Numbered from the stretch's first letter, positions 34,319 to 47,419 are shown. The stretch: 64,000 nucleotides of DNA from Reyranella sp. (GCA_052386855.1 JBQTJT010000108.1:2340-66339), one strand, 5' to 3'. Notes: generated by a model from the letters alone, not told the origin. Program-made: numbers and translations.

Positions 34319-35398
34319 ATGATGCGCGCGGCGCTCGCGCTGGCGCGCCGTTCGCTCGGGCGCACCTGGCCCAATCCGGCCGTGGGCTGTGTGATCGTGC
34401 GCGACGGACGCGTGATCGCGCGCGGGCGCACGCGGGATGGCGGCCGCCCGCATGCCGAAGCCGATGCGATCGCCAACGCGCACGAGCCCCTGAAAGGCGC
34501 GACGGTCTATGTGACGCTCGAGCCGTGCGCGCATCACGGCAAGACGCCGCCGTGTGCCGATGCCTTGATCGCAGCCGGCGTCGGCCGTGTCGTCTCGGCG
34601 CTGGAAGATCCCGATCCGCGTGTCAAAGGGCAGGGGCATGCGCGCCTGGCGGCGGCGGGCATAGAGGTCGAGGTCGGCGAGGGTGCAGCGGCAGCGGCCG
34701 AAATCAACGCCGGCTTCCTCCTGCGCGTGAAGGAGGGCAGGCCGCTCTTTCACCTCAAGATCGCGAGTTCGCTCGACGGCCGGATTGCCACGGCCTCGGG
34801 CGAGAGCCGTTGGATCACCGGCGAGGCAGCGCGGGGCGACGGTCATCAACTGCGCAGCCTCCACGACGCGATCCTGGTCGGATCCGGCACCGTCGCGGCA
34901 GACGATCCCGACCTCACCTGCCGCCTGCCCGGCCTAGAGGCCTACTCGCCAGACCGTATCGTGCTCGATTCAAAGGCGGGATTGTCCGCCACGTCGAAAC
35001 TGGCGGCGACCGCGCTCGCAACGCCGGTGCTGCTCTTTCATTCCGGCGCTCCGGCGGCACGCGTCGAGCTGTTGCGTCACAAGGGAATCACCGTCATTGA
35101 GATGCCGGCGCGCGGCGAGGGGCGGGTCGACGTCACGGCGGTCGCAAAGAGGCTGGCGGAGCTCGGCTATTCGAGCGTGCTGATCGAGGGTGGCGGACAG
35201 GTCGCGGCCGCGTTCCTGCGGGCGGGGCTGGTCGACCGGATCAGCAGCTACCGCGCAGGGATCGTGCTGGGCGAGGACAGCCGCTCTGCGGTCGGACCCC
35301 TGGCACTCGACCGCCTCGATTTCGCGCCCCGGTTCAGGCTGGTTTCCAGCCGGACCGTGGGCACCGACACACTGGAAACCTGGTACAGGCGGACCTAA
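34319..35398 (+). CDS. ribD: bifunctional riboflavin biosynthesis deaminase/reductase RibD
   Basis: Start is ATG 34319. Contains NPAVGCVIV, HAEADAI and TLEPCAHHGKTPPCADAL. Confidence 0.9.
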   Translation: MMRAALALARRSLGRTWPNPAVGCVIVRDGRVIARGRTRDGGRPHAEADAIANAHEPLKGATVYVTLEPCAHHGKTPPCADALIAAGVGRVVSALEDPDPRVKGQGHARLAAAGIEVEVGEGAAAAAEINAGFLLRVKEGRPLFHLKIASSLDGRIATASGESRWITGEAARGDGHQLRSLHDAILVGSGTVAADDPDLTCRLPGLEAYSPDRIVLDSKAGLSATSKLAATALATPVLLFHSGAPAARVELLRHKGITVIEMPARGEGRVDVTAVAKRLAELGYSSVLIEGGGQVAAAFLRAGLVDRISSYRAGIVLGEDSRSAVGPLALDRLDFAPRFRLVSSRTVGTDTLETWYRRT

Positions 35399-35406
35399 GT
35401 ACAACC

Positions 35407-36033
35407 ATGTTCACGGGCATCGTCACGGATATCGGCGAGATCGGCACAGTGGCGCCGGGCGGACAGGCGGGCGCCAAGGCCGGCGATCGCCGCTTCGTGG
35501 TGCGGACCAAACACGACATGAAGCCGATCGCCATCGGCGCGTCGATCGCCTGCTCCGGCTGCTGCCTTACGGTGATCGACAAGGGGATCGAAAACGGCGG
35601 CGGCTGGTTTGCCGTCGAAGTCTCCGGCGAGAGCCTGGCCAAGACCCATCTCGGCGACTGGGCGGTCGGCAGCCGGATCAACCTGGAACTGTCCCTGAAG
35701 CTCGGCGACGAGTTGGGCGGACATCTGGTCTATGGCCATGTCGACGGCGTCGGCAAGGTGGTTTCCATGACGCCCGAAGGCGGCAGCGTGCGCTTCGTCT
35801 TCGAGGCGCCCGCCGACGTCGCCCGCTTCATTGCCGCCAAGGGCTCGGTGGCCATCGACGGCATTTCCCTCACGGTCAATGAAGTCGCGGGTAATCGCTT
35901 CGGCGTGAACGTGATTTCCCACACCCAGGCTGTTACGACCCTGGGACAGGCCAAAGTCGGCCAGCGGGTCAACCTTGAGGTCGATATGCTCGCGCGTTAC
36001 GTTGCGCGATTGTTGGAGCACGGAAAATCATGA
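35407..36033 (+). CDS. ribE: riboflavin synthase
   Basis: Contains [12 protein letters not shown], then the duplicated lumazine-binding repeat [13 protein letters not shown]. Confidence 0.9.
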   Translation: MFTGIVTDIGEIGTVAPGGQAGAKAGDRRFVVRTKHDMKPIAIGASIACSGCCLTVIDKGIENGGGWFAVEVSGESLAKTHLGDWAVGSRINLELSLKLGDELGGHLVYGHVDGVGKVVSMTPEGGSVRFVFEAPADVARFIAAKGSVAIDGISLTVNEVAGNRFGVNVISHTQAVTTLGQAKVGQRVNLEVDMLARYVARLLEHGKS

Positions 36034-37202
36034 GCGCGCTCGAAAAGGACGCCTGGCGGATCACCTTCGGCGAAGTGAAGGCCGCCGCCGAGGACATCAT
36101 CGAGGAAGCCCGCAAGGGCCGGATGTTCATCCTTGTCGACGACGAGGACCGTGAGAACGAGGGCGACCTCGTGATCCCTGCCCAATGGGCGACGCCCGAG
36201 GCCATCAACTTCATGGCCAAGCATGCCCGTGGCCTGATCTGCCTCGCCATGACCCGCGAGCGCGTCGAGCAGCTCGGCCTGCCGCTGATGGCCCAGAACA
36301 ACGGCACCCGGCACCAGACCGCCTTCACCGTCTCGATCGAGGCGCGCGAGGGCGTGACGACCGGCATCTCCGCCGCCGACCGCGCCCGCACCGTGCAGGT
36401 CGCGATCGATCCGTCGTGCGGGCCGCAGGATATCGTGACGCCGGGCCACGTCTTCCCGCTGGTCGCCCGCGATGGCGGCGTGCTCGAGCGCACCGGCCAC
36501 ACCGAATCGGCCGTCGACCTCGCGCGGCTGGCCGGCCTCACGCCGGCCGGCGTGATCTGCGAGATCATGAACGACGACGGCACGATGGCGCGCCGCAACG
36601 ATCTCATCACCTTCGCCCAGCGCCACGGCCTCAAGATCGGCACCATCGCCGACCTGATCGCCTACCGCCGCCGCTACGACTCGATCGTGAAGCGCATCAG
36701 CGAGACCGCGCTCGACAGCACCTACGGCGGCGACTTCCGCTGCGTGGTGTACGTGAACAAGGTGACGATGGCACAGCACGTGGCGCTGGTGAAGGGCGAC
36801 CCGGCGACGGGTGGCCCGATCATGGTGCGCATGCATGCCGTCAACCTCTTCACCGACACGCTGGGCCAGCGCTCCGGTGGCCGGGGCGGCGAGATCGAGG
36901 CTTCCATGCGCGAGATCTCCAAGGAAGGCCGCGGCATCATCGTGCTGATCCGCGAGCCGCTCACCGTCGTGCTGGCCGAACAGCGTCGCCGCGCCGGCGA
37001 GCCGATCGCTCCGGCCGGCCAGGAACTGCGTGACTACGGCGTCGGTGCCCAGATCCTGATCGATCTCGGCGTCAAGGAAATGGTCCTGCTGACCAACAGC
37101 AAGAAGAGCGTGGTCGGCCTCGAAGGCTTTGGCCTCAAGATCACCGGCCAGAGGCCCGTCCCCGGCCGCCCGTCGCAGAAATCCCCGTCGCAGAACTCAT
37201 AG
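36030..37202 (+). CDS. ribB: 3,4-dihydroxy-2-butanone-4-phosphate synthase fused to a degenerate GTP cyclohydrolase II-like domain
   Basis: The DHBPS motif [17 protein letters not shown] is intact. The C-terminal domain reads [10 protein letters not shown] and SGGRGGE where RibA has the zinc-binding cysteines. Confidence 0.9.
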   Translation: MSALEKDAWRITFGEVKAAAEDIIEEARKGRMFILVDDEDRENEGDLVIPAQWATPEAINFMAKHARGLICLAMTRERVEQLGLPLMAQNNGTRHQTAFTVSIEAREGVTTGISAADRARTVQVAIDPSCGPQDIVTPGHVFPLVARDGGVLERTGHTESAVDLARLAGLTPAGVICEIMNDDGTMARRNDLITFAQRHGLKIGTIADLIAYRRRYDSIVKRISETALDSTYGGDFRCVVYVNKVTMAQHVALVKGDPATGGPIMVRMHAVNLFTDTLGQRSGGRGGEIEASMREISKEGRGIIVLIREPLTVVLAEQRRRAGEPIAPAGQELRDYGVGAQILIDLGVKEMVLLTNSKKSVVGLEGFGLKITGQRPVPGRPSQKSPSQNS

Positions 37203-37212
37203 TGCGCTGAAC

Positions 37213-37689
37213 ATGTCGACACGGACGGAAACCCCGACGGCCCGACCGGCGGTCGACGGCGTCAAGGGCGCGCGCATCCTGATCGTCGAGTCGCGCTACT
37301 ACACCGACATCGCCGATGCGCTGATCGCCGGAGCCGAACGCGAGATCAAGAAGAATGGCGCCACTTCCGAGCGCGTCGTGGTGCCCGGTGCCTTTGAAAT
37401 TCCGGGCGCCATCGCGCTGGCGGCAGGTCACTACGATGGCTTCGTGGCTCTGGGCTGCGTCATTCGCGGCGAGACCACGCATTACGATTACGTCTGCGGC
37501 GAGAGTGCCCGCGGCCTGATGGATCTGGCCGTGCGCAACCGGCTGGCGATCGGCTACGGCATCGTCACGGTCAACAATGGCGACCAGGCCTGGGCGCGCG
37601 CCGCCATCGACCGCGGCGACAAGGGCGGCGACGCTGCCCACGCCTGCCTCGCCATGGTGGCGCTCGGCCGCCGCTGGCGGAAAACGTGA
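37213..37689 (+). CDS. ribH: 6,7-dimethyl-8-ribityllumazine synthase
   Basis: Start is ATG 37213. Contains ILIVESRYYTDI, VPGAFEIP and LGCVIRGETTHYDYV. Confidence 0.9.
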   Translation: MSTRTETPTARPAVDGVKGARILIVESRYYTDIADALIAGAEREIKKNGATSERVVVPGAFEIPGAIALAAGHYDGFVALGCVIRGETTHYDYVCGESARGLMDLAVRNRLAIGYGIVTVNNGDQAWARAAIDRGDKGGDAAHACLAMVALGRRWRKT

Positions 37690-38165
37690 GCGACCATTCG
37701 ACACCCGCTCCGAATCCGAGCCGTCGCCAGGCGGCGCGACTGGCCGCCGTGCAGGCGCTCTATCAGTGGCAGGAAGGCCAGCACGGACCGGCGGAGATCA
37801 TCGAGCAGTTTCTCGGCGTGCGGACCGGCGAAGCGGGTGAGGGCGGCATGCGCCGCGACGCCGATCGGCCGCTGTTCAAGGACGTGGTCGAAGGCGCCGC
37901 ACAGCACAAGGAAGAGCTCGAACAGATCGTGTCGGCGGCGCTGGCGCAGGACTGGACCTGGGCACGCATCGACCGTCTGGTGCGGGCGATCCTGTTGGCC
38001 GGCGCCTATGAGCTGGTTCACCGCGGCGACGTGCCGCCGCGCGTGGTCATCAACGAGTATGTCGAGATCGCGCATGCGTTCTACGACCAGGGCGAGCCGA
38101 GCTTCATCAATTCCGTTCTCGACCGCGTGGCGCGCCAGGTGCGACCGGCCGAACTCGTGAAGTGA
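37686..38165 (+). CDS. nusB: transcription antitermination factor NusB
   Basis: Contains RRQAARLAAVQALYQW, and INEYVEIAHAFY near the C-terminus. Confidence 0.9.
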   Translation: MSDHSTPAPNPSRRQAARLAAVQALYQWQEGQHGPAEIIEQFLGVRTGEAGEGGMRRDADRPLFKDVVEGAAQHKEELEQIVSAALAQDWTWARIDRLVRAILLAGAYELVHRGDVPPRVVINEYVEIAHAFYDQGEPSFINSVLDRVARQVRPAELVK

Positions 38166-38172
38166 CCGGACG

Positions 38173-39159
38173 ATGGCGTCACGCCGGCGAGTGGGTGAGT
38201 TCGAGCTGATTGCCCGCCATTTCGCGCCGCTGGCCCGGAGCTTTGCCGGTGCCCGCGGTCTCGAAAGCGACAATGCCTTCCTGCCTTCAGACCCACGGCA
38301 CGACACCGCGGTGAAAACCGACACGGTGGTGTCAGGTGTCCATTTCCTCGACGATGAAGCGCCGGAGCGCGTGGCGGCAAAGGCGCTCCGGGTGTGTCTG
38401 TCGGATCTCGCGGCCGGTGGTGCCGTGCCGCTGGCCTATCAATTGTCCTTGGCGCTGCCGAAGGGCTGGCAGAAGCGGTGGGTCCAGGGCTTTGCGCGCG
38501 GGTTGGCCGCGGATCAACGCCGCTACGGCATCGTGCTCTGCGGCGGCGACACCGTCGTGACGCCGGGCCCGCTCACCGTCACCATCACGGCCTTCGGCAC
38601 GGTGCCGCGCGGCAAGGGATTGGGACGCACCGGCGCCCGCCTGGGCGACGAACTCTGGGCGAGCGGCACGATCGGTGACGGGGCGCTGGGCCTGCTGGTC
38701 GCGCGGGGCGGACTGAAGTGGCTGGGCGCGCGCGACCGCAAGATGCTGGAGGACCGCTACCGCGTGCCGCGGCCGCGTACCGCGCTGGGACGGCGCCTGA
38801 TTGGCATTGCGCGCGCGGCCGCCGATGTTTCCGACGGCTTGCTGGCCGATGCCGGCCATGTCGCCGCGGCGTCCGGGCTCGCCGCGCACATCGAACGTGA
38901 ACGGATACCGCTGTCCGGTGCCGCCCGGCGGGCGCTGGCTCTTGCCCCGACCTTGTGGGCGAACGTGCTGGGCGGGGGCGACGACTACGAACTCGTGATC
39001 GCCGTGCCGCCGCGCAAGCGGGCGGCGTTGCTGGCGGCAGCGAGTCTTGCCAGCGTGCAGGTGACGCCGATCGGGCGCTTCGAGCAGGGCAGCGGTGCGC
39101 GGCTGACGGTCGGCGGCAAGAACATGAAGATGCCGCGCGCGGGCTACGTTCACTTCTAA
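38173..39159 (+). CDS. thiL: thiamine-monophosphate kinase
   Basis: Contains GEFELIARHF, DTVVSGVHF, LCGGDTV and GGGDDYEL. Confidence 0.9.
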   Translation: MASRRRVGEFELIARHFAPLARSFAGARGLESDNAFLPSDPRHDTAVKTDTVVSGVHFLDDEAPERVAAKALRVCLSDLAAGGAVPLAYQLSLALPKGWQKRWVQGFARGLAADQRRYGIVLCGGDTVVTPGPLTVTITAFGTVPRGKGLGRTGARLGDELWASGTIGDGALGLLVARGGLKWLGARDRKMLEDRYRVPRPRTALGRRLIGIARAAADVSDGLLADAGHVAAASGLAAHIERERIPLSGAARRALALAPTLWANVLGGGDDYELVIAVPPRKRAALLAAASLASVQVTPIGRFEQGSGARLTVGGKNMKMPRAGYVHF

Positions 39160-39256
39160 TACGGTCGCGCATTTCATAGCTGGACTGCGCCCGGCGCGCA
39201 GCGCTCATGGCAATTTGCTTGGGACGCCGAGAGCGCAGGACTAGAGTGCGCGCCCA

Positions 39257-40486
39257 ATGGACGGTTCGACCAAGCTTCAGGAAACGCCCGCTGCTCCCGC
39301 GCGGATACCACCGCGATCGTTGCGCAACATCGCGTTGCTGGCGATGTGTCAGGCCCTGACCCAGAGCAGCAACACGTTGATGTTCGCCTCGTCGGCGCTG
39401 GCGGTGCTCACCATCGTCTCGCCCGAGATGCGTATGTGGGCGAACCTGCCGATCACCATGCAGCACCTCGGCGTCATGTTGACGGTGTTTCCTGCCTCGA
39501 TGCTGATGATGCGGCGCGGCCGCAAGTTCGGTTTCCGCACCGGCTCGGTCATGGGCATGGTGGGCGCGTCCCTGGCAGCACTGGGCCTCGGCCTCGGCAG
39601 TTTCCCGGTGATGTGCCTGGGCGGCATTTTCCTCGGCAATGCCATCGCCAACATGCAGCTCTACCGCTTCGCCGCCGTCGAGCTGGCGCCCGGTGCGTTT
39701 CGCGCCCAGGCCATCTCCTACGTCACGGCGGGCGGCGTGATCGCCGGCATCGTCGGGCCCGGCCTGGCACGCTTCACGCCGGATCTCTGGATGCCGCTCT
39801 TCCAGGCGAGCTTCGTGGCCGTCATCTTCGTCCACATCCTCGTCTTCATCATTCTGGGCTTCATCGAATTTCCCGCCGTGAAGCCCGAGGATACCGCCGG
39901 GCCACAACGGCCGCTGTTCGAGATCGTGAAGCAGCCGGCCTATCTGGTGGCCTGCGGCGGCGCCATCATCGCCTTTGGCGTGATGTCGTTCGTCATGGCG
40001 GCCTCACCGCTGGCCATCGTCCAGTGCGGCTTGAGCCGGACCGAGGCGCCGATCACCATCTTCGTGCACGTCATGGGCATGTTCGTGCCGTCGTTCTTCA
40101 CCGGCCACCTGATCGCCCGATTCGGTATCTTCAACGTCATGACCGCCGGCGTGGCGATCCTGGTCGCCGGCGTGGCGGTCGCCCTGATGGGAGTGACCGA
40201 ATGGCACTTCCGGATCACCATGACCCTCAATGGGCTGGGCTGGAATTTCCTGTTCGTCGGCGCCACCACGCTGCTCACCACGACCTACCGGCCGTCCGAG
40301 CGCGGCAAGGCCCAGGCTTTCAACGATTTCATGGTTTTCGGCGTCACCACCGTGGCCAGCCTGATGGCCAGCGTGGTCCTCGAACTCGAGGGCTGGGCCG
40401 TCCTCAACTATGTGGCGCTGACCCTGGTTCTCATTGCCCTGGCCTTCATCACCGTCTTCCGGCTGCGGCATCCTTCCCGCGTCTGA
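39257..40486 (+). CDS. MFS transporter
   Basis: 409 aa and about 12 TM helices. Has an MMRRGRKFGF-type loop between TM2 and TM3. Confidence 0.8.
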   Translation: MDGSTKLQETPAAPARIPPRSLRNIALLAMCQALTQSSNTLMFASSALAVLTIVSPEMRMWANLPITMQHLGVMLTVFPASMLMMRRGRKFGFRTGSVMGMVGASLAALGLGLGSFPVMCLGGIFLGNAIANMQLYRFAAVELAPGAFRAQAISYVTAGGVIAGIVGPGLARFTPDLWMPLFQASFVAVIFVHILVFIILGFIEFPAVKPEDTAGPQRPLFEIVKQPAYLVACGGAIIAFGVMSFVMAASPLAIVQCGLSRTEAPITIFVHVMGMFVPSFFTGHLIARFGIFNVMTAGVAILVAGVAVALMGVTEWHFRITMTLNGLGWNFLFVGATTLLTTTYRPSERGKAQAFNDFMVFGVTTVASLMASVVLELEGWAVLNYVALTLVLIALAFITVFRLRHPSRV

Positions 40487-40654
40487 CGCCCCACGTCTAA
40501 CGCCCAAGCCTTTGAGGCAATGGGATTATTCCCACTGCGTCAGTTGCGCGGACGGGGCCGTTCTGTCATTTTCCGCCCGCCTCGCGCCGGGGGGAGTTTA
40601 TGACTTCGGCGAGCGCAGGGCTGAAAATGCCGAAAAAACAATAGGTTAGAAACG

Positions 40655-42760
<2,106 letters not shown>

Positions 42761-42783
42761 ACCGGCGACACCGAACGATACGG

Positions 42784-42815
42784 AAAAGCCCCGGTCCATT
42801 GGACCGGGGCTTTTT
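42784..42815 (+). terminator. intrinsic terminator after hppA
   Basis: AAAAGCCCCGGTCC-att-GGACCGGGGCTTTTT. The symmetry means it could also act for the convergent bamE. Confidence 0.7.
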
Positions 42816-42880
42816 CTATGTCTCCGCATAGAGGCGGGGCGAGGGGCGAGGTCGGTGGGTCGAGACCTCTGCGCGGGGCG

Positions 42881-43375
42881 TCAGATCCCGCCGCCGCTGG
42901 TCGGCGCACCCTGGCCGGCGGGGTTCTTGCCGGCCGGATTGAACTTGCCGACGTTGCCCAGGATCTGCTCGAGCACCGTGAGTTCCTTGCCCGAGGTCGG
43001 CGTGATGCGCTGGACCATGGCGATATTCTCGGCATCCTTCAGATCGTAGTTCTTGATGCCTGCGATGCGTCCGGAATCGTTGAACGTGACCTGGATTACC
43101 TTCTGCTCGCTGATCACGGGCTTCAGGAAGGCGAACGATTCCTGGGTTTCGCTGATGTAGTACCAGATGTTCGGATTGAAGGTGGAGACCGCCGACGGTG
43201 AGCCCACGAGGCGAATGACGTCCTCGCGGCTCTGGGTGCCGACTTCGAGCTTCTCGACGGAACCGGGCGTCGGGGCGAAACCGCGCTGGTTGAAGTTGGG
43301 GTCGCAGCCGGGCAGCGCCACCAGGAGGGGGGCGAGCAGGGCGCCGGCGAGGGCGAAGGAGGCAATGCGGCGCAT
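42881..43375 (-). CDS. bamE: outer membrane protein assembly factor BamE (SmpA/OmlA lipoprotein)
   Basis: ATG 43375 gives the lipobox MRRIASFALAGALLAPLLVALPGC. Also contains GTQSREDVIRLVGSPS. Confidence 0.8.
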   Translation of the reverse strand: MRRIASFALAGALLAPLLVALPGCDPNFNQRGFAPTPGSVEKLEVGTQSREDVIRLVGSPSAVSTFNPNIWYYISETQESFAFLKPVISEQKVIQVTFNDSGRIAGIKNYDLKDAENIAMVQRITPTSGKELTVLEQILGNVGKFNPAGKNPAGQGAPTSGGGI

Positions 43376-43424
43376 GGTCAGGTCTTGCGTAGGACTTGGG
43401 TTCCGGGAGAAGACGGTGCACAAC

Positions 43425-43973
43425 ATGTCGCGATGGTCGGCCCGGGTCAATTGGACCCGCGATCGCAGGGAGTGGATCGTGTTCCGCCGCAAGAGTGCTG
43501 AAGACAAGTTTGCCGCTGCTTTCTACACGCGGACCGCGGAGCACGCGCGCCGGCCGGAATTGTTCGACGCCTGCGGCATTCCCGACACGCTCGACGGCCG
43601 GTTCGATGCGCTGGCCCTGCATGCAGCGCTCGCCATCGACCGGCTGCGTCGCGAGCCGGACGGCGAACGGCTGGCGCAGGCCTTTTTCGATGCCATGTTT
43701 CGCCACCTCGACATCACCTTGCGTGAACTCGGCGTCCAGGACCTGGGCGTTGGCCGCCGGATCAAAATCATGGCCGAGGGGCTGCACGGCCGGGCGCTCG
43801 CCTACCGTGAAGCGCTGGCCGGCGGCCCGACACCGCTGGCCGAGGTCTTGCGGCGGAATGCCTATGGCGGTAGGCCGCCTGCCGATGACGCCATGGTGAG
43901 CCGCCTCGAAGCCTATGTCGGCGTCTATGCCGGAAAGCTCGCCGATACGCCTCGCAATGAACTGATAAAGTAG
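43425..43973 (+). CDS. ubiquinol-cytochrome c chaperone family protein
   Basis: Contains FDACGIPDTLDGRFDALALHAALAIDRL and FRHLDITLRELGVQDLGVGRRIK. The start is uncertain: ATG 43425 or a downstream in-frame GTG. Confidence 0.75.
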   Translation: MSRWSARVNWTRDRREWIVFRRKSAEDKFAAAFYTRTAEHARRPELFDACGIPDTLDGRFDALALHAALAIDRLRREPDGERLAQAFFDAMFRHLDITLRELGVQDLGVGRRIKIMAEGLHGRALAYREALAGGPTPLAEVLRRNAYGGRPPADDAMVSRLEAYVGVYAGKLADTPRNELIK

Positions 43974-43982
43974 ATTAATAAA

Positions 43983-44567
43983 ATGTCAGAACCAGTTGAT
44001 ATAAATTATAAATCAGAAATTGAACGGATCATTGACCTGGACCGTCTGGGCCGGTCCGGCTCGGCGGTGGAAATCATTGCCACCGAGAGCGAATGCGCGG
44101 CCCTGGCCAAACGGTTCGGCTTTCTCGCCCTTCAGGGCTTTGCGGCCCGGGTGACGGTCGACCTGCAACCGGGCGATCAGGTCGTCGTCGAGGGGCGGCT
44201 ACGGGGAAAGATCGTGCAGGCCTGCGTCTTGAGCCTGGAGCCGGTGACGCAGGAACTCGATGATGCCTTCCGCATCGTCTTCCAGAAGGATCTGGCAGAA
44301 GATCGCGATCCTGAGAGCGGCGAGGCCGTGCTGAACGCCCAGGCCGACGCGCCGGAGCCGCTCCAGGGAAATATGCTCGATGTCGGCGAAATCGTTGCCG
44401 AACAGCTCTCGCTGGCGGCAGAACCTTATCCTCGCCGCCCTGGCGTGAAACTGGCGGATGTCCTGCCCAAGCCCAGGGGCGGCCTCCGGCGCGGTGCGCC
44501 CGGCCAGCAGCGTCATCCCTTTGCCGGGCTGGCGGCCCTCAGAGACAAGCCCCGCCGCGACCGCTAA
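43983..44567 (+). CDS. yceD: YceD/DUF177 family protein
   Basis: It sits directly upstream of rpmF-plsX. Contains LRGKIVQACVLSLEPV. The first roughly 20 codons are unusually AT-rich. Confidence 0.8.
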   Translation: MSEPVDINYKSEIERIIDLDRLGRSGSAVEIIATESECAALAKRFGFLALQGFAARVTVDLQPGDQVVVEGRLRGKIVQACVLSLEPVTQELDDAFRIVFQKDLAEDRDPESGEAVLNAQADAPEPLQGNMLDVGEIVAEQLSLAAEPYPRRPGVKLADVLPKPRGGLRRGAPGQQRHPFAGLAALRDKPRRDR

Positions 44568-44678
44568 ACTGTTGCAGTGGTGGAACGATTTAGCTAGAGA
44601 AGGCCGCCCGCCGCGCCGTCAGAGCGCGGCTCAGCTTTTTGGGGCCTGCGTTGGCGCGGCCCCGTCGTGGAGATCGTT

Positions 44679-44873
44679 ATGGCTGTTCCCAAGAAAAAGA
44701 TTTCGAAATCCCGCCGCAACATGCGCCGGTCCCATCATGCGCTGCCGACCATGGCGTTCATCGAGTGCAAGAATTGCGGTGAGCTGAAGCGGCCGCACAT
44801 GGTCTGCTCGCACTGCGGATACTACCGCGAAGACATGCCGGTCCTGGCCGACGCGACGTCGGCCGAGAAGTAG
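44679..44873 (+). CDS. rpmF: 50S ribosomal protein L32
   Basis: Contains [19 protein letters not shown]. The zinc ribbon is CKNCG...CSHCG. Confidence 0.95.
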   Translation: MAVPKKKISKSRRNMRRSHHALPTMAFIECKNCGELKRPHMVCSHCGYYREDMPVLADATSAEK

Positions 44874-44925
44874 GCCTCAGCGCGCCGCCGGCAATGCGCT
44901 GGCAATCGATAGGCAGAGCATCCCC

Positions 44926-45996
44926 GTGAGCGTGGGCAAGGTCGTTCTGGCACTTGACGGAATGGGCGGTGACAATGCGCCCGAGGTTATCGTGAACGGA
45001 GCCGACATCGCCCGTGAACGCTACCCCGGCGCGTCGTTCCTGCTGTTCGGTGATCTGGCCCGACTGAAGCCGCTGGTCGATCGGCGCAAAGGCCTGGCGC
45101 AGGCCCTCGAGATCGTTCCCGCCGAGGATGCGGTCAGCCCCGACGACAAGCCGTCCTTCGCGTTGCGCCGCCGCCGCCAGTCGAGCATGTGGCTGGCCGT
45201 CGACGCCGCCGCCCAGGGGCGCGCCGACACGGTGGTGTCGGCCGGCAACACCGGCGCGCTGCTGGCCATCTCCATGGTTGCCATGCGCATGCTCGAAGGC
45301 GCGCACCGGCCGGCACTGGCCTCGTTCATGCCGACCAACCGTGGCGAGACGGTCATGCTGGACCTCGGCGCCAATCTCGAGTGCGATGCCGACAATCTCG
45401 CGCAGTTCGCCGTCATGGGCAGTGTGTTCGCCCAGGTCCTGCTGGGCCTCAGCGAACCCACCGTAGGCCTGCTGAATGTCGGCTCCGAGGAGCTCAAGGG
45501 ACATGAGGAGCTGCGGCAGGCGGCCATGATGCTGCGCCGTGAAGGCTCGCCGGTCTCCTTCCATGGATTTGTCGAGGGCAACGACATCGGTGCCGGCAAG
45601 GTCGACGTCGTCGTCACCGACGGCTTTACCGGCAACGTGGCGCTCAAGACCATCGAGGGCACGGCCAAGCTCTATACGAGCTATGTGCGCGAAGCGTTCC
45701 GGACCTCGACTTTCGCCAAGATCGGCGCTCTCTTCGCTGCTGGCGCCTTGGTTAAAATGCGCAAGCGCGTTGATCCACGACGCTACAATGGTGGCGTGTT
45801 CGTGGGCCTCGACGGGGTTTGCGTGAAGAGCCACGGCGGGACCGATGCCCTGGGTTTCGCCTATGCCATCGGGATGGCGATCGACATGGTGCGCTACGAC
45901 TACAAGAGCAAGCTGGTCGAAGGGCTGGCCAAGTTGCACGCATTGCCGGCGATGGCTGAAGCGCCAGTGCTGCAGGCAGGCGGAGGAAGCGCGTGA
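44926..45996 (+). CDS. plsX: phosphate acyltransferase PlsX
   Basis: GTG start. Contains [20 protein letters not shown] and [14 protein letters not shown]. Confidence 0.95.
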   Translation: MSVGKVVLALDGMGGDNAPEVIVNGADIARERYPGASFLLFGDLARLKPLVDRRKGLAQALEIVPAEDAVSPDDKPSFALRRRRQSSMWLAVDAAAQGRADTVVSAGNTGALLAISMVAMRMLEGAHRPALASFMPTNRGETVMLDLGANLECDADNLAQFAVMGSVFAQVLLGLSEPTVGLLNVGSEELKGHEELRQAAMMLRREGSPVSFHGFVEGNDIGAGKVDVVVTDGFTGNVALKTIEGTAKLYTSYVREAFRTSTFAKIGALFAAGALVKMRKRVDPRRYNGGVFVGLDGVCVKSHGGTDALGFAYAIGMAIDMVRYDYKSKLVEGLAKLHALPAMAEAPVLQAGGGSA

Positions 45997-46964
45997 TCCG
46001 GTCCGTCGTTCAAGGGTGCGGCTCCTACCTGCCGGAGCGGGTGGTTACCAACGCCGATCTGGCCAAGACGATGGATACCTCCGACGAGTGGATCCAGCAG
46101 CGCACCGGCATTCGCCAGCGCCACATCGCGGCCGATGGCGAGATGACGTCGCATCTGGCGCTCAAGGCCTCGGAGCGGGCGCTCGAGCACGCCGGCCTGA
46201 AGGCGTCCGACCTCGATCTCATCGTGCTGGCGACGGCGACGCCGGATGAAACGTTTCCCGCCACCGCGACGCGCGTGCAGGCGGGCCTCGGCATGACCAA
46301 GGGGGCTGCGTTCGATGTCCAGGCGGTCTGTGCCGGCTTCGTCTACGGCCTTTCGGTGGCCGACAGCCTGATCAAGAACGGCCTCGCGTCGACGGCGCTG
46401 GTAATCGGCGCCGAGACCTTCTCCCGCATCCTCGATTGGGACGATCGCGGCACCTGCGTGCTGTTCGGCGACGGCGCCGGCGCGGTCGTGCTGCGGGCCG
46501 AGGAGGGGACGGGAACGTCGGCCGATCGTGGCGTGCTCGCCAATGCGCTTCATTCCGATGGCCGCCAGCACGACATCCTCTATGTCGATGGCGGCCCTTC
46601 GTCGACGCGGACCACCGGCTTCCTGCGCATGGAAGGCAAGGAAGTCTTCAAGCACGCCGTCGTCAACATGGCGGCGGTCGTGGGCGAGGTGCTGGCCAAG
46701 GCCGGCTTCGAGACCAAGGACATCGACTGGCTGGTGCCGCACCAGGCGAACAAGCGCATCATTGACGGCACCGGGCGCAAGCTCGGCCTGCCGCCGGAGC
46801 GGGTGGTCGTCACCGTCGACCGCCATGCCAACACGTCGGCCGCCTCAATTCCGCTCGCCCTCGATGCGGCGGTGAAGGACGGGCGCATCAAGAGGGGCGA
46901 TCTGCTGCTCCTGGAAGGCATCGGCGGCGGCCTGGCCTGGGGCGCCTCACTGGTCCGCTGGTAG
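45993..46964 (+). CDS. fabH: beta-ketoacyl-ACP synthase III
   Basis: Contains [34 protein letters not shown] and [11 protein letters not shown]. Confidence 0.95.
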   Translation: MIRSVVQGCGSYLPERVVTNADLAKTMDTSDEWIQQRTGIRQRHIAADGEMTSHLALKASERALEHAGLKASDLDLIVLATATPDETFPATATRVQAGLGMTKGAAFDVQAVCAGFVYGLSVADSLIKNGLASTALVIGAETFSRILDWDDRGTCVLFGDGAGAVVLRAEEGTGTSADRGVLANALHSDGRQHDILYVDGGPSSTRTTGFLRMEGKEVFKHAVVNMAAVVGEVLAKAGFETKDIDWLVPHQANKRIIDGTGRKLGLPPERVVVTVDRHANTSAASIPLALDAAVKDGRIKRGDLLLLEGIGGGLAWGASLVRW

Positions 46965-47113
46965 ATTTTTCACCGCCCGCGCAGCGTTTGAAACAAAATC
47001 GTCCGCAACGGAACGTGAACAGACGGCGATTCAAGTCCAGCCTCTATCCTACTGATATTGACCGCTTTCCCACCTTAGAGTAAGGATTAAGTGGGGGAAG
47101 GAAGGGTACCGGA

Positions 47114-47419
47114 GTGGAAGGCCGGACTATCACACGTGCAGATCTGAGCGAGTCCGTGTTCCAGGAAGTGGGACTGTCTCGCAATGAATCCAGCGATCTC
47201 GTAGAGACGATTCTCTCCGAAGTCGTGGAAGCCTTGGCGCGTGGCGAGTCGGTGAAGATCTCGTCTTTCGGGAGTTTCACGGTTCGCGACAAAGGGCAGC
47301 GCGTGGGCCGCAATCCGAAGACGGGGCAGGAAGTACCGATCCTGCCGCGACGTGTACTCGTCTTTCGAGCGTCGAATGTCCTTAAATCTCTGATCAATGG
47401 GGCACCCGGCGAGAGCTAG
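47114..47419 (+). CDS. ihfA: integration host factor subunit alpha
   Basis: Contains [21 protein letters not shown] and [29 protein letters not shown] start. Confidence 0.9.
   Translation: MEGRTITRADLSESVFQEVGLSRNESSDLVETILSEVVEALARGESVKISSFGSFTVRDKGQRVGRNPKTGQEVPILPRRVLVFRASNVLKSLINGAPGES

Noticed and set aside
33812-37212. I looked for an FMN riboswitch in front of the riboflavin genes.
   Set aside because: The intergenic gaps here are only 4 to 35 nt, which is too short for an FMN element. None of the conserved FMN-box sequence was seen.
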